From contig CBFDEM010000043.1 of the NCBI GenBank assembly GCA_965603825.1, positions 62,001 to 126,000 of the forward strand: a DNA stretch of 64,000 bases, read 5' to 3'. Source of the DNA: Blepharisma stoltei ATCC 30299. Its lineage: Eukaryota > Protista > Ciliophora. The notes below the pieces were generated by a model. That model saw only the letters and a list, made by a program, of their open reading frames with translations, was not told where the DNA came from and did no database searches. A program made the position numbers and the translations under genes. Below, one piece after another: positions 1-10,814 of the stretch (its first letter is position 1; each line of letters starts with the position of its first letter).

Positions 1-175
1 GAGTCCGTAAGCATTATAAACGACCTTTAAAATTTGGTGAAAATGCTGTTTTCAAATCTATAAAGGTTTGGTAAAATAATTAAAATTTTTGTGCATTTTT
101 TCTTTATAATTCATGAATAAATGCTTAATTTTAGACTCTTTAAAAATATTCTTTTAATTTTAAAAATAAGCATAC

Positions 176-862
176 ATGGAGACTAAGTAATAGAAACTTA
201 GACTGTTCCTTACAGCTGACGAAGAAACTAAGGCTTATCAAATGCTAAACCTTCTCGAGCTTCATGACGAGAGCGCCGATTTTCTCCATCCAGTGGATTG
301 GAAACTTCTAGCGATCCCTGACTATCCTTTGCAGATCAAAAATCCTATGGATCTAGGCTCAATCAAAAAGAAAATAAAGAGCAAGGCTTACCATAATTTA
401 TCTGATTTTATTGCTGACGTGCAGCTAGTTTGGAATAATTGCAAGACTTATAATGAATCACATACAGTATGCGATAATTAGGACGTTTATCAACAAGCTG
501 AGTTCTTGGAAAAACAAATGAGAAGATATTGCACAAAATTAAAAATTCCGGTACCAAGAGGCCAAGCTAAGCACTTGAGGGACGAAGAAGAAATAGTAAG
601 GGAAGACCCGAATGTGGTTTCATTTGAAGAAAAATGGGAAATGACTGAACAAATAAAAAAATTAGGCCAATCCACGCTAGAAGAAATTGTACAATTAATC
701 ACGACAAATGCACCACATGCTGTTGAAAATGAAGAGCAGGAAAAAATAAAAGTAAAGCTTGATGAAGTTGATAGGGATACTTTTACGAAAATGCAAGAAA
801 TTATAGTCAGAAGTTTTACTGTTGATGAAGGAGCGCCACATAAAAAGGCTAAAAGATCTTAG
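176..862 (+). CDS. BET-family bromodomain + extra-terminal (ET) domain protein
   Basis: ATG at 176; 15-nt introns 187-201 (gtaatagaaacttag) and 467-481 (gtatgcgataattag) join the track ORFs 242..481 and 506..862. Bromodomain motifs FLHPVD..PDY..IKNPMDLGSIKKK and VWNNCKTYN; ET-like C-terminus (SFEEKWEMTEQIKKL). Confidence 0.9.
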
Positions 863-966
863 ATAATAAAGAAAATTATAGCTTTAAATTATTTTGAGAA
901 TTTAATTAAGATTTAGCATATTAATACGACTTTGATATACATAAAATATTGATATTACAAAATTAC

Positions 967-3111
967 CTAGAATATCTCTTGCAGCTCCACATCATGCTTC
1001 TTGATATCTCTATTTAGCAGCTTAAGAACTGCTTTAGCGCCTATAATTAGCATCTGTTTCTTTATTTTTTGGGTCTCCAGCCCCATAACTGAATTTTTTC
1101 CTAAATTTCTCTCTCCAAAAATAGTTCCTTCCCTAAAATTATTGCTTCCTTTTTCTGATGCAACTGGATCTTTAATAGATTCTTTATTTTGTACATGTTC
1201 TACTCCTTGTATTAGTCTAGATTCCTTTTGTGCAATAGAGTCATCAATCCTTCCTGAAATTTTATAAGTCTTTTTTTCTTCTTCATCTTCTTGGAATTTT
1301 TCATTATTTACGTTTAAGTTAAAAATTTTGATATTTGGCTCTGGCTTGTTTCATCTGGACTCAGAAACTTGTGGCTTGAGCTCAGGAATTTGCAGTTTCT
1401 CTGAGTTATTTTGTGCCTTGTTTTCTGAGAGCGATTTTCTTATTTGTGGAAGTGGAGGACTTTCAAGCTCATTAGACTTTTTCTGCTTCGAGCTTATACT
1501 GTTTTGTTTTATTTCTTCACACATTTTGTTAATTCTGTTTATAATTTCTATTCTTTTTGCTGAATAAATAGGATCTTTCCGCAGCCTATTATGAATTTCT
1601 TCTTCAGAAAACCGTAAAAATTGATTTTCCAATGCAGACACAATTTTTTGTCGAATTTCAGTTAAATATTCATAGTCATAGTTATAAAAAGTTTCTATTG
1701 GAGATGTGTATTTTTCATGAAAGGCTAAATGCGTTTGTCTTTGCATTAGCGGCCTAATCCTGTTTGCAATGTTAGTTTTTTTCCTCTGAGCTTCAAGATT
1801 TATTAGTTTTATGCTTGGAAAATCAACTTGGGTTTCGATATTCTCTTTAGACGCTGCAATTTCTGCAGAGATTTCTTCTTTTTTCTTCGTTTTTTGAATG
1901 GAAATCTCTTCAATGGTTTTGTTGACTTTTAAAGAAGAAATGTTTTCTTGCGATTTTTCGTCTTCGGAAGCAGAATCATCTTCAAGATCATGAGCATTTG
2001 AGCCAAACTTAAAAGGAGACTGTGTATTTCTTTTGCTACTAGGGCTTGAATTATTTTTAAGGTTTCTTGGACTTCTTGATGATTTAGGAACTTTTATTAT
2101 AATTGGCTGGCTTTCTGGTGAAAAATCTATTTTTTGCTCCTCAACTTGTACTTCTTCCAATATGTTTTCTAAATCTATTTTTTTCTTATTAATGATTTCT
2201 TTATTTTCTTTCATTTCATTAATTTTCCTTTCATTTTCCTCAATTTTTTTCTTTTGCTCTTCAATTAAAATCTGTTTTTCAATGCATTCTCTACTTACCT
2301 GTTCTTCTTGTGACATATATAAGCTTCTTTGTTGAGATTCTCTTATTATCATTGATTGAAAACTATTCATTTCATAAATTCTGGACTCATATAGATCTTG
2401 CATTACTTTTATACCCCTAAGATTTGTATCCGCTAGAGTTTGAAGCTGTTGGGCCATAAATGAGTTTAAAGTATTCATTATTGGAACAATATTAAGTTGA
2501 GCTTGCTGGTTTTGAGTTACATTGCTTTGCGAATTTTCTTGGGCATGCCTCCTAGCTTTATGTTTATCTAAGTATTCCTGGGAAACAAACTGTTTAGAGC
2601 AAAGCTCACATTTGGCTGCGGCTGCTTGGGCAGCCTCCTTTCTCATCATTATTGAAGCTAAAGGCTGCTTTAAAAGGCGTTTATATGCCATCACCGCATG
2701 CTTTTTCTTTTGTAATTCAGCTTTTAAATTATTTATTTCTTTTTCATTAGCAGTAAACGATTCTTGCAAATATTGATTTTGCTCAAAATACAATTTATAT
2801 TGAGACTCACATGAATTAGCTTTTATACTGAGCTGATTTTGAGTATACAAATGATATTCCATAGCCAATTGTGATAGTCTAAATACTTTAAGCACACTTG
2901 AATCTCCAATTTTTTCTAAATCTTCTCTATCCAAAGCTGCAAATGTTAAATTTTCAATAATTTCTTGTAAATTATCAATATTTCCAGCTTGAAAAGCAGC
3001 ATCAATATCAAGGGTTGTTATCTTTTTTCAGTTGATTTTTCCTAATCGTTGCTTCCATACAAAGTTCGAGATATTCTCCGGTTCAAGGTTTGGTATTAGA
3101 GGGTTTGACAT
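967..3111 (-). CDS. DZIP1/Iguana-like C2H2 zinc-finger coiled-coil (basal body/cilia) protein
   Basis: ATG 3111 to TAG 967, reading through in-frame TGA at 3028-3030 (KIN-W-KK) and 1351-1353. N-terminus FVWKQRLGKINWKK..DIDA..IDNLQEIIENLTFA..LKVFRLSQLAMEY resembles the Dzip-like N domain, followed by the C2H2 finger CELCSKQFVSQEYLDKHKARRH. Confidence 0.8.
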
Positions 3112-3367
3112 TTTAAATTACTATCTTTTTCTTATACTTTTTAAGCTAAAATTATCAATAAATTGTTTACTTAGCTTATATTAATTTATTTCTCAGCATA
3201 ATAAGGTAAATTTATAAAGCGAATGAGTTATGTGGCATCTACATAAGAATTTTAAATAATTTAGCAGCTAAAATATATAGATAATGATGCTTTCTAACAT
3301 TAATTAATCGTATAAAGTTTAAATAACTTAATTTAACAAGTTTTACACTTATCTTTCAAATTTATAA

Positions 3368-5356
3368 ATGGAACCTGGTGGTGAGAATCAATCTGAAGTA
3401 GTAGGAGAAGTTTTGTCACAAGAAAGTCCTGAAGTGGCTCAAAATAATCCAGAGATCACAGAGCAGGCCCAAGATGTTCAAGCGGAAACTGAAAATCCAC
3501 CACCAACATCAGAAATAGAAGAAGCCAAAAATCCTGAAGAAAAGCATGAAGAAACTTTAAATGAAGAGCCAGCTAAAAATCTTTCTGAAACTGTACAAGA
3601 AAGCAGCGAAATAGTGACTAGTGAAGCAAAAAGTAATGAAAACGAGACTGAAGAAAGCAAAGTTATAAGTGATGAAGCCAAACCAGACACTTTGGAACAA
3701 GAAGCTACAGAGAAAAGTGAAATTCCTATAGACAGCGAGCAAACCCTACCAAAAGAAGAAGAAAGTGCAGAAGCTGCACAATCTGAAATTAATCCTGAAA
3801 ACATTGAAAGTTCGGAAGCACCCATTGTTGAAGAGGTATCCCAGCCTGTCTCTACAGAAGAGATATCTCAGCCTCCTGAAGGAGTATTTTTGCCTCCTGT
3901 AAATGAAGAAATATCCCAACCAAATACCAATGAAGAGGTATCTGAGCCTCCTGTCACAGAAGAAGTATCTCAGAATATTGAGGAGATTTCTCAGCCAGCA
4001 ACAATTGAACAGCCAGTTATTGAAAAGATCTCTCAGCCTGCTATTGAAAAGATTTCTGAGCCTGCTGCTATGGGCGAAGTATCCCAGCCTGTTATTGAAG
4101 AAATTTCTGAGCCTGCCGCTAATGAAGAGATATCACAGGCTGTTGTTGAAGAAGCAGCTCAGTCTGCTATTGAAGAATCAGCTCAGCCTGATATTGAGGA
4201 GATTTCTCAGCCTGCTATTGAAGAATCAGCTCAGCCAGCTATTGAGGAGATTTCTCAGCCTGTTATTGAGGAGATTTTTCAGCCTGCTATTGAAGATTCA
4301 GCTCAGCCTGCTATTGAAGATTCAGCTCAGCCTGCTATTGAAGATTCAGCTCAGCCTGCTATTGAGGATATTTCTCAGCCTGTGGCTGAGGAGATTTCTC
4401 AAACTGTTGTTGAGGAGATTTCTCAGCATGTAGCTGAAGAAGAAATTTCAGAGCCAGCTATAGAGGATAAAACTGCAGAAAATACAAGCCCGGTCAATGC
4501 AGCTCAAGAAATCACTGAAACAGTCACTGATACACAAGCTACCCAAATTGAGGTTGCTCAGGAAGAAAACAAAGTAGAAGAAACTCAAGCTGAGGTATCT
4601 GAGCCAATCCCTGAAACTGAAATTCTTTCTGATTCTGTTGAAAATAACACTGTCCTAGAAACCAGCCAAGTGAACACAGAAGAAATCCCTCAAATCCACG
4701 AAAAGCCTGACAACATAATCCAGCCAGAGCCAAAAATCCCTGTAGAATCTCCCCTTCACGAAGAAATTCAAAATCCTGAGCCAGCACAACCCATCGAGCC
4801 TGCCAAGAATACCTCAACTATTGAAAGCAACATTGAAGAGCCAAAAGAAACCCCTCAAGAAGTTGCAGTTGAAGAAGTTATTGAAGAATCCCTCCCAGAA
4901 GCCTCAACCACATTAAAAAAGAACAAAAAAGTCAAAGTGAAATCTAAGAAAAGAGCAGCAGAAGAAGTCCCTGCAGAAGCTGAACAAGTTAAAGAAGAAA
5001 TCCAGCCACAAATGAAAGCTCCAAATGACCAAGAAAAAATAGCTGAAAATCCTCTGACGAATCCTGAAGCCTCTAGCCCTCAAATAAAAGCAGATCCTCC
5101 TAGAAATGTAGAGAATAAGGACCCAGTCATCACAGCTCCACCTCCTGCTGCCCATTATACTGCCCCTCAGCCTGCTGTTCACACTTATAATGCCGTAAAA
5201 GAAGAAAAAAAAGAAGATTACCATGAATCTCACATAATTCCAGGAAATATCCCGACAAAATATGAAGACCAAGTAGTGAATAGAGAAAAAGTCTCTGACA
5301 AAAAAGCTCCAGATTCTCGAGGGACGACGTCTTGTGGAAACTGCATTTTATTATAA
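3368..5356 (+). CDS. Acidic, low-complexity repeat protein with C-terminal CaaX prenylation motif (CILL)
   Basis: Uninterrupted 662-aa ORF, Glu/Pro/Ser/Gln-rich, with 8-aa repeats (EEISQPAI-like); ends SCGNCILL*. Confidence 0.8.
   Translation: MEPGGENQSEVVGEVLSQESPEVAQNNPEITEQAQDVQAETENPPPTSEIEEAKNPEEKHEETLNEEPAKNLSETVQESSEIVTSEAKSNENETEESKVISDEAKPDTLEQEATEKSEIPIDSEQTLPKEEESAEAAQSEINPENIESSEAPIVEEVSQPVSTEEISQPPEGVFLPPVNEEISQPNTNEEVSEPPVTEEVSQNIEEISQPATIEQPVIEKISQPAIEKISEPAAMGEVSQPVIEEISEPAANEEISQAVVEEAAQSAIEESAQPDIEEISQPAIEESAQPAIEEISQPVIEEIFQPAIEDSAQPAIEDSAQPAIEDSAQPAIEDISQPVAEEISQTVVEEISQHVAEEEISEPAIEDKTAENTSPVNAAQEITETVTDTQATQIEVAQEENKVEETQAEVSEPIPETEILSDSVENNTVLETSQVNTEEIPQIHEKPDNIIQPEPKIPVESPLHEEIQNPEPAQPIEPAKNTSTIESNIEEPKETPQEVAVEEVIEESLPEASTTLKKNKKVKVKSKKRAAEEVPAEAEQVKEEIQPQMKAPNDQEKIAENPLTNPEASSPQIKADPPRNVENKDPVITAPPPAAHYTAPQPAVHTYNAVKEEKKEDYHESHIIPGNIPTKYEDQVVNREKVSDKKAPDSRGTTSCGNCILL
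3830..4470 (+). repeat. Coding minisatellite, 24-nt unit (QPAIEDSA / EEISQPAI variants)
   Basis: Three perfect copies of cagcctgctattgaagattcagct at 4280-4351, flanked by many degenerate copies. Confidence 0.85.
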
Positions 5357-5451
5357 AAAGTTTCGAGTTATCTTATTAATCTTTTTTTAAGTAAAATCAT
5401 GCTTGATTTTTATATAAATGGTGATTCTATAATTATTTGCTGATAAACTTT

Positions 5452-6783
5452 ATGACTGAAGAAATTGATTGTCAGATGTTTGAAAAGTGCGTTGGGTGCC
5501 ATCTGAGGCCAGTCACTCAATATTGTAACTGTGAGTCTCCTTTATTGTTATGCTTATTCTGTGCAAGGAATCATTGAAAGAAAATTAAAGATCTTGAAAT
5601 AAAAAATCATATGTTTGGTAGGGAGGATCAGGGTTCTCAAGAAATGCCAATTTGTCCATTTGAAGAAAAAAGAATTTTAGGGTTTATTAATATAACTCAA
5701 ATTGCTATGAAAAATATTGAAAGTATCCAAACCTCTCTCAAACGTAAACATCATAAATGAAGCGAGCATCTTCCATACAATAATAATTGTTATGCATGTG
5801 AAGAAAAAAATCATCATTATCAGAAACTGAAGGAGTATGAGTATTGAATTAATGAAACTAAAGAAATCATTAATTTTCAGATAGAGAATCAGATAGGCTG
5901 CTACAGTTTGCATAAAAAATTGACCAAAATACTAGACACTCTCAGCCGCATTAGCTTAATCATCGATTATGGAAACGAAGAAAATCAAGCAGAGAAAACA
6001 AATAGCAACCCTACTAATAATACTATAGAAGCTATTCATGTATTTCTTGGTGATTATTCTAATATTTCTTCAATTAGCAACTGATTTGGTGTACTTACTA
6101 TGGAAGATGCTTTAAGTGTTCTAAGGACATTTTTGATTATGAACTACGCCTTTAGTAATAGTTTTATATATCCAATTTTGGAGTTTTTGATGAAAACATG
6201 CGAAAATAAAATAAATGAGCGAAGTCAGAGAGAAATTAACAGATATCAATGAGAATTTTTTCGTAAAATGTACCAGAAGCTGAGGGAAAAGACCGATCAT
6301 ATTACAAATGAGGTTTTAAAACCAATGTTAGAAGAGCTAAAAAGTGATGAAGATAAAGCTATAATTGTTGTTTCAGCTGAGTTATTAATCAAAAATACTC
6401 AATTCGATGGATATTTAGAAGCTTTAACTTTCAATTTGCAATATTGAAAAATTGATAACTCTCTTCTCGTTGTCTATATTCTGATGCTCCAAGCATCTGC
6501 TTACAAAAAGAATAATAATTTTCTAAGAGCTGAGGAATTGCTAAATCATGCCTTGCACGAACTTTATGAAACTACAGGGGGTCATCATCCTTTAGCAAGT
6601 GAATGCATGATTTGGCTAGCTGAATCCTATTTAAATGATCCAAATAAATTGCAATATTCTTTGAAACTATTTGAAAAAGCTTTAGATTTACGAATGAAAA
6701 CTCCTGACTGATATGAGCGAGAACATATGATGCACATAATAACCCGAATACAAGATCTCAGAAATTATTTATTTCCTAGCTAA
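5452..6783 (+). CDS. 443-aa protein with N-terminal B-box-like Zn finger and C-terminal TPR repeats
   Basis: Single frame from ATG 5452 to TAA 6781-6783 with 7 in-frame TGA and no TAA/TAG. CVGC..YCNC..LCLFCARNH at the N-terminus; AEELLNHAL..GGHHPLASECMIWLAESY..LFEKALDLR is TPR-like. Largely missed by the ORF track. Confidence 0.75.
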
Positions 6784-6804
6784 AAATATTAAAATTAATT
6801 TAAG

Positions 6805-7602
6805 CTACTCGTTGCTCTTTAAGTTAACCTCCCCACAGACCACAGTAATATCGTCAGGTTTCCCTCCATATCATATCATCCTTGCTTTCATTGCATTAAT
6901 CATAAACGGGCTCTTAAACATCCTATTATTGCTCTGCTCATATGCAAGCTTCACCAGTTTTTCTGCAATTTCTTTCAAATTAACCTCAGCATTCATAGAA
7001 AGGCTGACAATTCCAGTGATTTGCTCTTCATGCAAATTGTCTCCTACGCCATCTGTGTACATTATAATAATGTCTTTGTCTTGGACTTCAAAAGTCTCAA
7101 AGCTGGCTTTATTAGGGTCATCTCCATTTGTGCCGAGCTGGAATGGGAAATTAAAATCATGGGTAACTTCTTTGCTTTTGGCGACAAGGGTGATATTTTC
7201 GTCTTTTTTCCTGTAAATAATAAATCCAGAGTCACCTATATTGGCTGTATATAGTTTTGGCTCATCTTTGTCAAGGATTGCTAAAGCACAGGTAGAGCTG
7301 CCTATTTCTTTGCTATTTTTGGCAGCTTCTACTAGGATATCTCTAGCATTGTATTTTTGTGGCTCTGGGAGGGCTTCAAATGCTTTTCCTACGTTATTCA
7401 TAAGCTCCCAGGAATATTTAGAAGGGTCAATCCCTATAGTGGTCCACCCGCCTACACCATCTGCAATAGAAATGATTTCTGGGCTTGTAAAATAAGCGTC
7501 TTCGCCTAGTTTATTGATTTTTTCAGGCCCAGGAACTCCATGCTGTGCTGACTTAAAATAATTTTTCAGCTGTGAAAAATTCCTAATTAATTTAGTCAGC
7601 AT
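6805..7602 (-). CDS. PTC7: PP2C-family phosphatase, PTC7 type, with probable mitochondrial presequence
   Basis: GEDAYF, IADGVGGW, ANIGDSGF, FNFPFQLG and YTDGVGDNL motifs. Reading through TGA 6871-6873 restores the terminal GGKPDDITVV motif; TAG at 6805. Confidence 0.9.
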
Positions 7603-7611
7603 TTTATTATA

Positions 7612-8967
7612 TTATCACAAAATACGCTTACTAGGCGGCCCAAATACTCCATATGACGTATCTGGATGATTGATTTCTTCATCACTGTCTTCTTCAATGC
7701 TTATTACTGCTATTGTATTCCTCATCCTTGACTTTTTCTTTCTTATCGGTTTTGGAGACTCCTCTTCTGCAGGTGGCTGGATACTTACTATTTGAGGTTT
7801 AGAAGAATCTTCAGCCATTTGGTGAATTGTCTGTAAGGCTGCCATCAGGTTAGTTAAATGGTATCTTTGTTCACTTGAAGCTGCAGGGCAAATAGAAAAT
7901 TCAAGAATAAATGTCAAATTGGCGTGGATGTTGCGAGGCTGATATGATGCTAAAAAATAAGTTAAAAGGGGGAAATATTGATCAGCTGTAGTTTCCCAGC
8001 GCTCAGCTTTTGGATGATTTTTCAATAGGAGGAAATTTTTGCAGCATTTATCAATTGAACCTGCTAATTTTGTCAGAACTTCTCCTTTTTCTCATGGTGT
8101 TTTAAAATCGTTTATGGAGTTCAGAACTTCTAAGCTCTCATCAAATCTGCATCCTTGTAAATCTGTATCAAACCCAAAGCTATCAATAGGTAACTGCTTC
8201 AGTAATTTTTCTGAGTCTTTTTTGAACTCTTGCTCTTTTTGTATATGAAACTCTATCATATGTCTGAAAAGTTTATCATAAATGTTATACAAAATATTGC
8301 TTTCTACCATCTCACAGGCATATTGCAAAAGATTTTTATTGTTGTCTATCCCCCTCAGCTGCTCAATTTTCAATACCAATGCTTTCATGTCTTTTAGTCC
8401 TGTTTTTACTTTATCATAGCAATCCTTCGCAAATTCTTTGAAAATTATGTAAGAATGGTTAAAATGCTGCACAAAGGCTTGAGAGTACATAAGAGCTGCT
8501 TCTGATCCTTCAACTGCGCATTCTAAGTAGCCGATATATTCTCTTGCGGAATAAAATTTGTAAATCGGCTCAGGAGGCAGCATAGCAGATTTTTGTTCTG
8601 AATCATCCAGTGGAGCGCTAACTAAAATTTGTTTATAAACCCGTCCATTATTATCATGAGCATTTTCTTCTTTTATGATTTGTAAGGTAAACTTGTTAGA
8701 GTAGCCTGTATGGGATTTTATTTCTCCATTCTTTATTAATAGATTTTTCCCAGTCATCGTTTGGAAGAGATGCTCGACATAAGGAGATGGCTTTATCATA
8801 TGATGCACTGATTAGAATTTACTCACAAATCTTCTATCGATCTCTATCCCTACAATTGAGGAAGGTGATGGAATGCATACAATATATTTCTTGTTTATTG
8901 CATGATCAAGAACATCTGCAAATTCTGACGTCAAAGCGTCTAAGAACTTGTTATCCTCTTCTGTCAT
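7612..8967 (-). CDS. VPS9-domain Rab GEF with a VARP/ANKRD27-like N-terminus (no ankyrin repeats)
   Basis: ATG 8967; 15-nt intron 8808-8822 (gtaaattctaatcag); TGA at 8092 (TP-W-EK) and 7615; TAA at 7612. VPS9 motif TADQYFPLLTYFL..NIHANLTFI..YHLTNLMAAL; FQTMTGKNLLIKNGEIK resembles the VARP N-terminus. Confidence 0.8.
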
Positions 8968-9256
8968 AAATATTTTCCAGAATTTTAATTAAAATGAAAT
9001 AGAATTTTCCTTATTACTTAGAATTCTTATAAAATTTGAATTATTTCTCCTTGTAGTTCCTATGTATCTATTTAATTTTCATACAAAAAATATTAAATTA
9101 TTACCAATAATATTTCCACTTAGCCCACTATCCTTAATAAAAATATTTAGCCTAGCAAAAATCAAATAAAAGACATTGCCATACATTACGGAAAAATAAA
9201 TAGCTCAAGGTTTAACTGCCAAATCCATATTTAAATTCATATTAATTCAGATTCAA

Positions 9257-10777
9257 ATGGCAAGCCCACGACCTAATACACATAGAACCCCAGACCAGCG
9301 TGACCCAATCTCTAGCAATACTCGGGATAAGGCTCAAGCTGCTAAAGATTATATAGAGAAAAAATATTCTCGGCTTAAGAAAACAGAAGAATCAAGAAAA
9401 GAAGAATGGCAAGAACTCAACGTCAAAATGGCTGAATTAAAGCTTTCGAACACTGAACAGAACTTAATTCGCCAAGAAATCATGCATAAAGAAGCAGAAC
9501 AGCTTCGTATGGGTCGTCAAAAAATAACAATTTACGATTTCGAACCAATTTCTGTCATAGGGAAAGGTGCATTTGGAGAAGTCCGAGTTGTCAGAAACAA
9601 AAACACTGGCGAAATCCTCGCTATGAAGAAAATGAACAAATCCGAAATGGTCTACAAAAACCAAATCCAGCACATCCGAGCTGAGAGAGATGCTCTAGCT
9701 TCATCAAACAACCCCTGGATTGTGAGTCTCAAAAACTCTTTTCAAGACGAAAAATACTTATACCTTGTCATGGAGTATTTACCAGGTGGTGATCTTATGA
9801 ATTTACTTATAAAGAAAAATGTCCTTACAGAGCCAGAAGCTAGATTTTATATCGCAGAAACCATACTAGCTGTCGATTCTGTCCACAAGATAAATTATAT
9901 ACATAGAGATTTAAAGCCTGACAATATTCTGCTTGACTCCCGAGGACACGTAAAACTTTCCGATTTTGGCCTATCAAAGCACGTCGAACTCTCCGGAGAA
10001 AATGTCCAGAAACTTGAAGACGACGATTTATATATAGAAAAGCTTGGAAAACGAGCTGAAGCCAGAAGGAACAGGAAACTTGCCTATTCAACTGTGGGGA
10101 CTCCTGATTACATTGCTCCTGAAGTATTCAGTAAAGAAGGCTACTGTGAAGCTGTCGACTGGTGGTCTGTAGGTGTAATTTTATTTGAAATGCTTGCCGG
10201 ATATCCTCCATTTTTCGCTGACAAGCCTGCAGACACCTGCCATAAAATTTTAGCTTGGAAAAAGCATTTTTCGATCCCAAGAGAAGCGAGGATTTCTCCT
10301 ATTGCTTCTGACCTTATAAGGAAACTTATATGTCAGCCTGAAGACCGCCTTGGAAATAGAGGGGTAGAAGAAATAAAATCTCATCCTTTTTTCAATGGGG
10401 TTAATTGGGAAAACATCAGAAACCTTGAAGCTCCAAATGTCCCTGAGCTCAGCAGTGAAATCGACACCAGCAATTTTGACAAAATTGAAGAAAATGAGCC
10501 ATTTTACCCACCTGAGAGCTCGAGAAAAAAGAAACAGAGAAAAGACGCGAATTTTATTGGGTATACCTATAAGAGAGATATAGAAAACCAAAGGAATGGC
10601 TTAGTGACTGCTTTAGTGGAGCTTGACGCTATAAAGAAAACGACGCAAAGACAAGTTTTGAAGTCTCCAAGCAATGGGAGAGAAGTATTAAAATCGCCGA
10701 GTAATACAAGAGAAGTATTAAAGTCTCCTACAAATATACTGAGATCACCAGTTAATGCAAGAATTATGAAGAAGTAA
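9257..10777 (+). CDS. NDR/STK38 (Cbk1/Orb6-like) AGC kinase
   Basis: GKGAFGEV, HRDLKPDN, DFG, LAYSTVGTPDYIAPE, N-terminal MOB-binding region and FIGYTYK hydrophobic motif. Confidence 0.95.
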   Translation: MASPRPNTHRTPDQRDPISSNTRDKAQAAKDYIEKKYSRLKKTEESRKEEWQELNVKMAELKLSNTEQNLIRQEIMHKEAEQLRMGRQKITIYDFEPISVIGKGAFGEVRVVRNKNTGEILAMKKMNKSEMVYKNQIQHIRAERDALASSNNPWIVSLKNSFQDEKYLYLVMEYLPGGDLMNLLIKKNVLTEPEARFYIAETILAVDSVHKINYIHRDLKPDNILLDSRGHVKLSDFGLSKHVELSGENVQKLEDDDLYIEKLGKRAEARRNRKLAYSTVGTPDYIAPEVFSKEGYCEAVDWWSVGVILFEMLAGYPPFFADKPADTCHKILAWKKHFSIPREARISPIASDLIRKLICQPEDRLGNRGVEEIKSHPFFNGVNWENIRNLEAPNVPELSSEIDTSNFDKIEENEPFYPPESSRKKKQRKDANFIGYTYKRDIENQRNGLVTALVELDAIKKTTQRQVLKSPSNGREVLKSPSNTREVLKSPTNILRSPVNARIMKK

Positions 10778-10814
10778 TGTTAATTTGAGTAAAGGAATAT
10801 TTTTTAAATAAACA

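Noticed and set aside
3830-4470. CRISPR-like array
   Set aside because: The repeats are contiguous, in-frame 24-mers with no unique spacers, inside a eukaryotic CDS.
5452-6783. Multi-UGA selenoprotein
   Set aside because: Across the window TGA aligns to Trp rather than Cys, and the 21-nt downstream gap leaves no room for a SECIS element.
7603-7630. Micro-intron fusing the VPS9 gene to PTC7
   Set aside because: No GT..AG pair of 15-16 nt spans the TAA.
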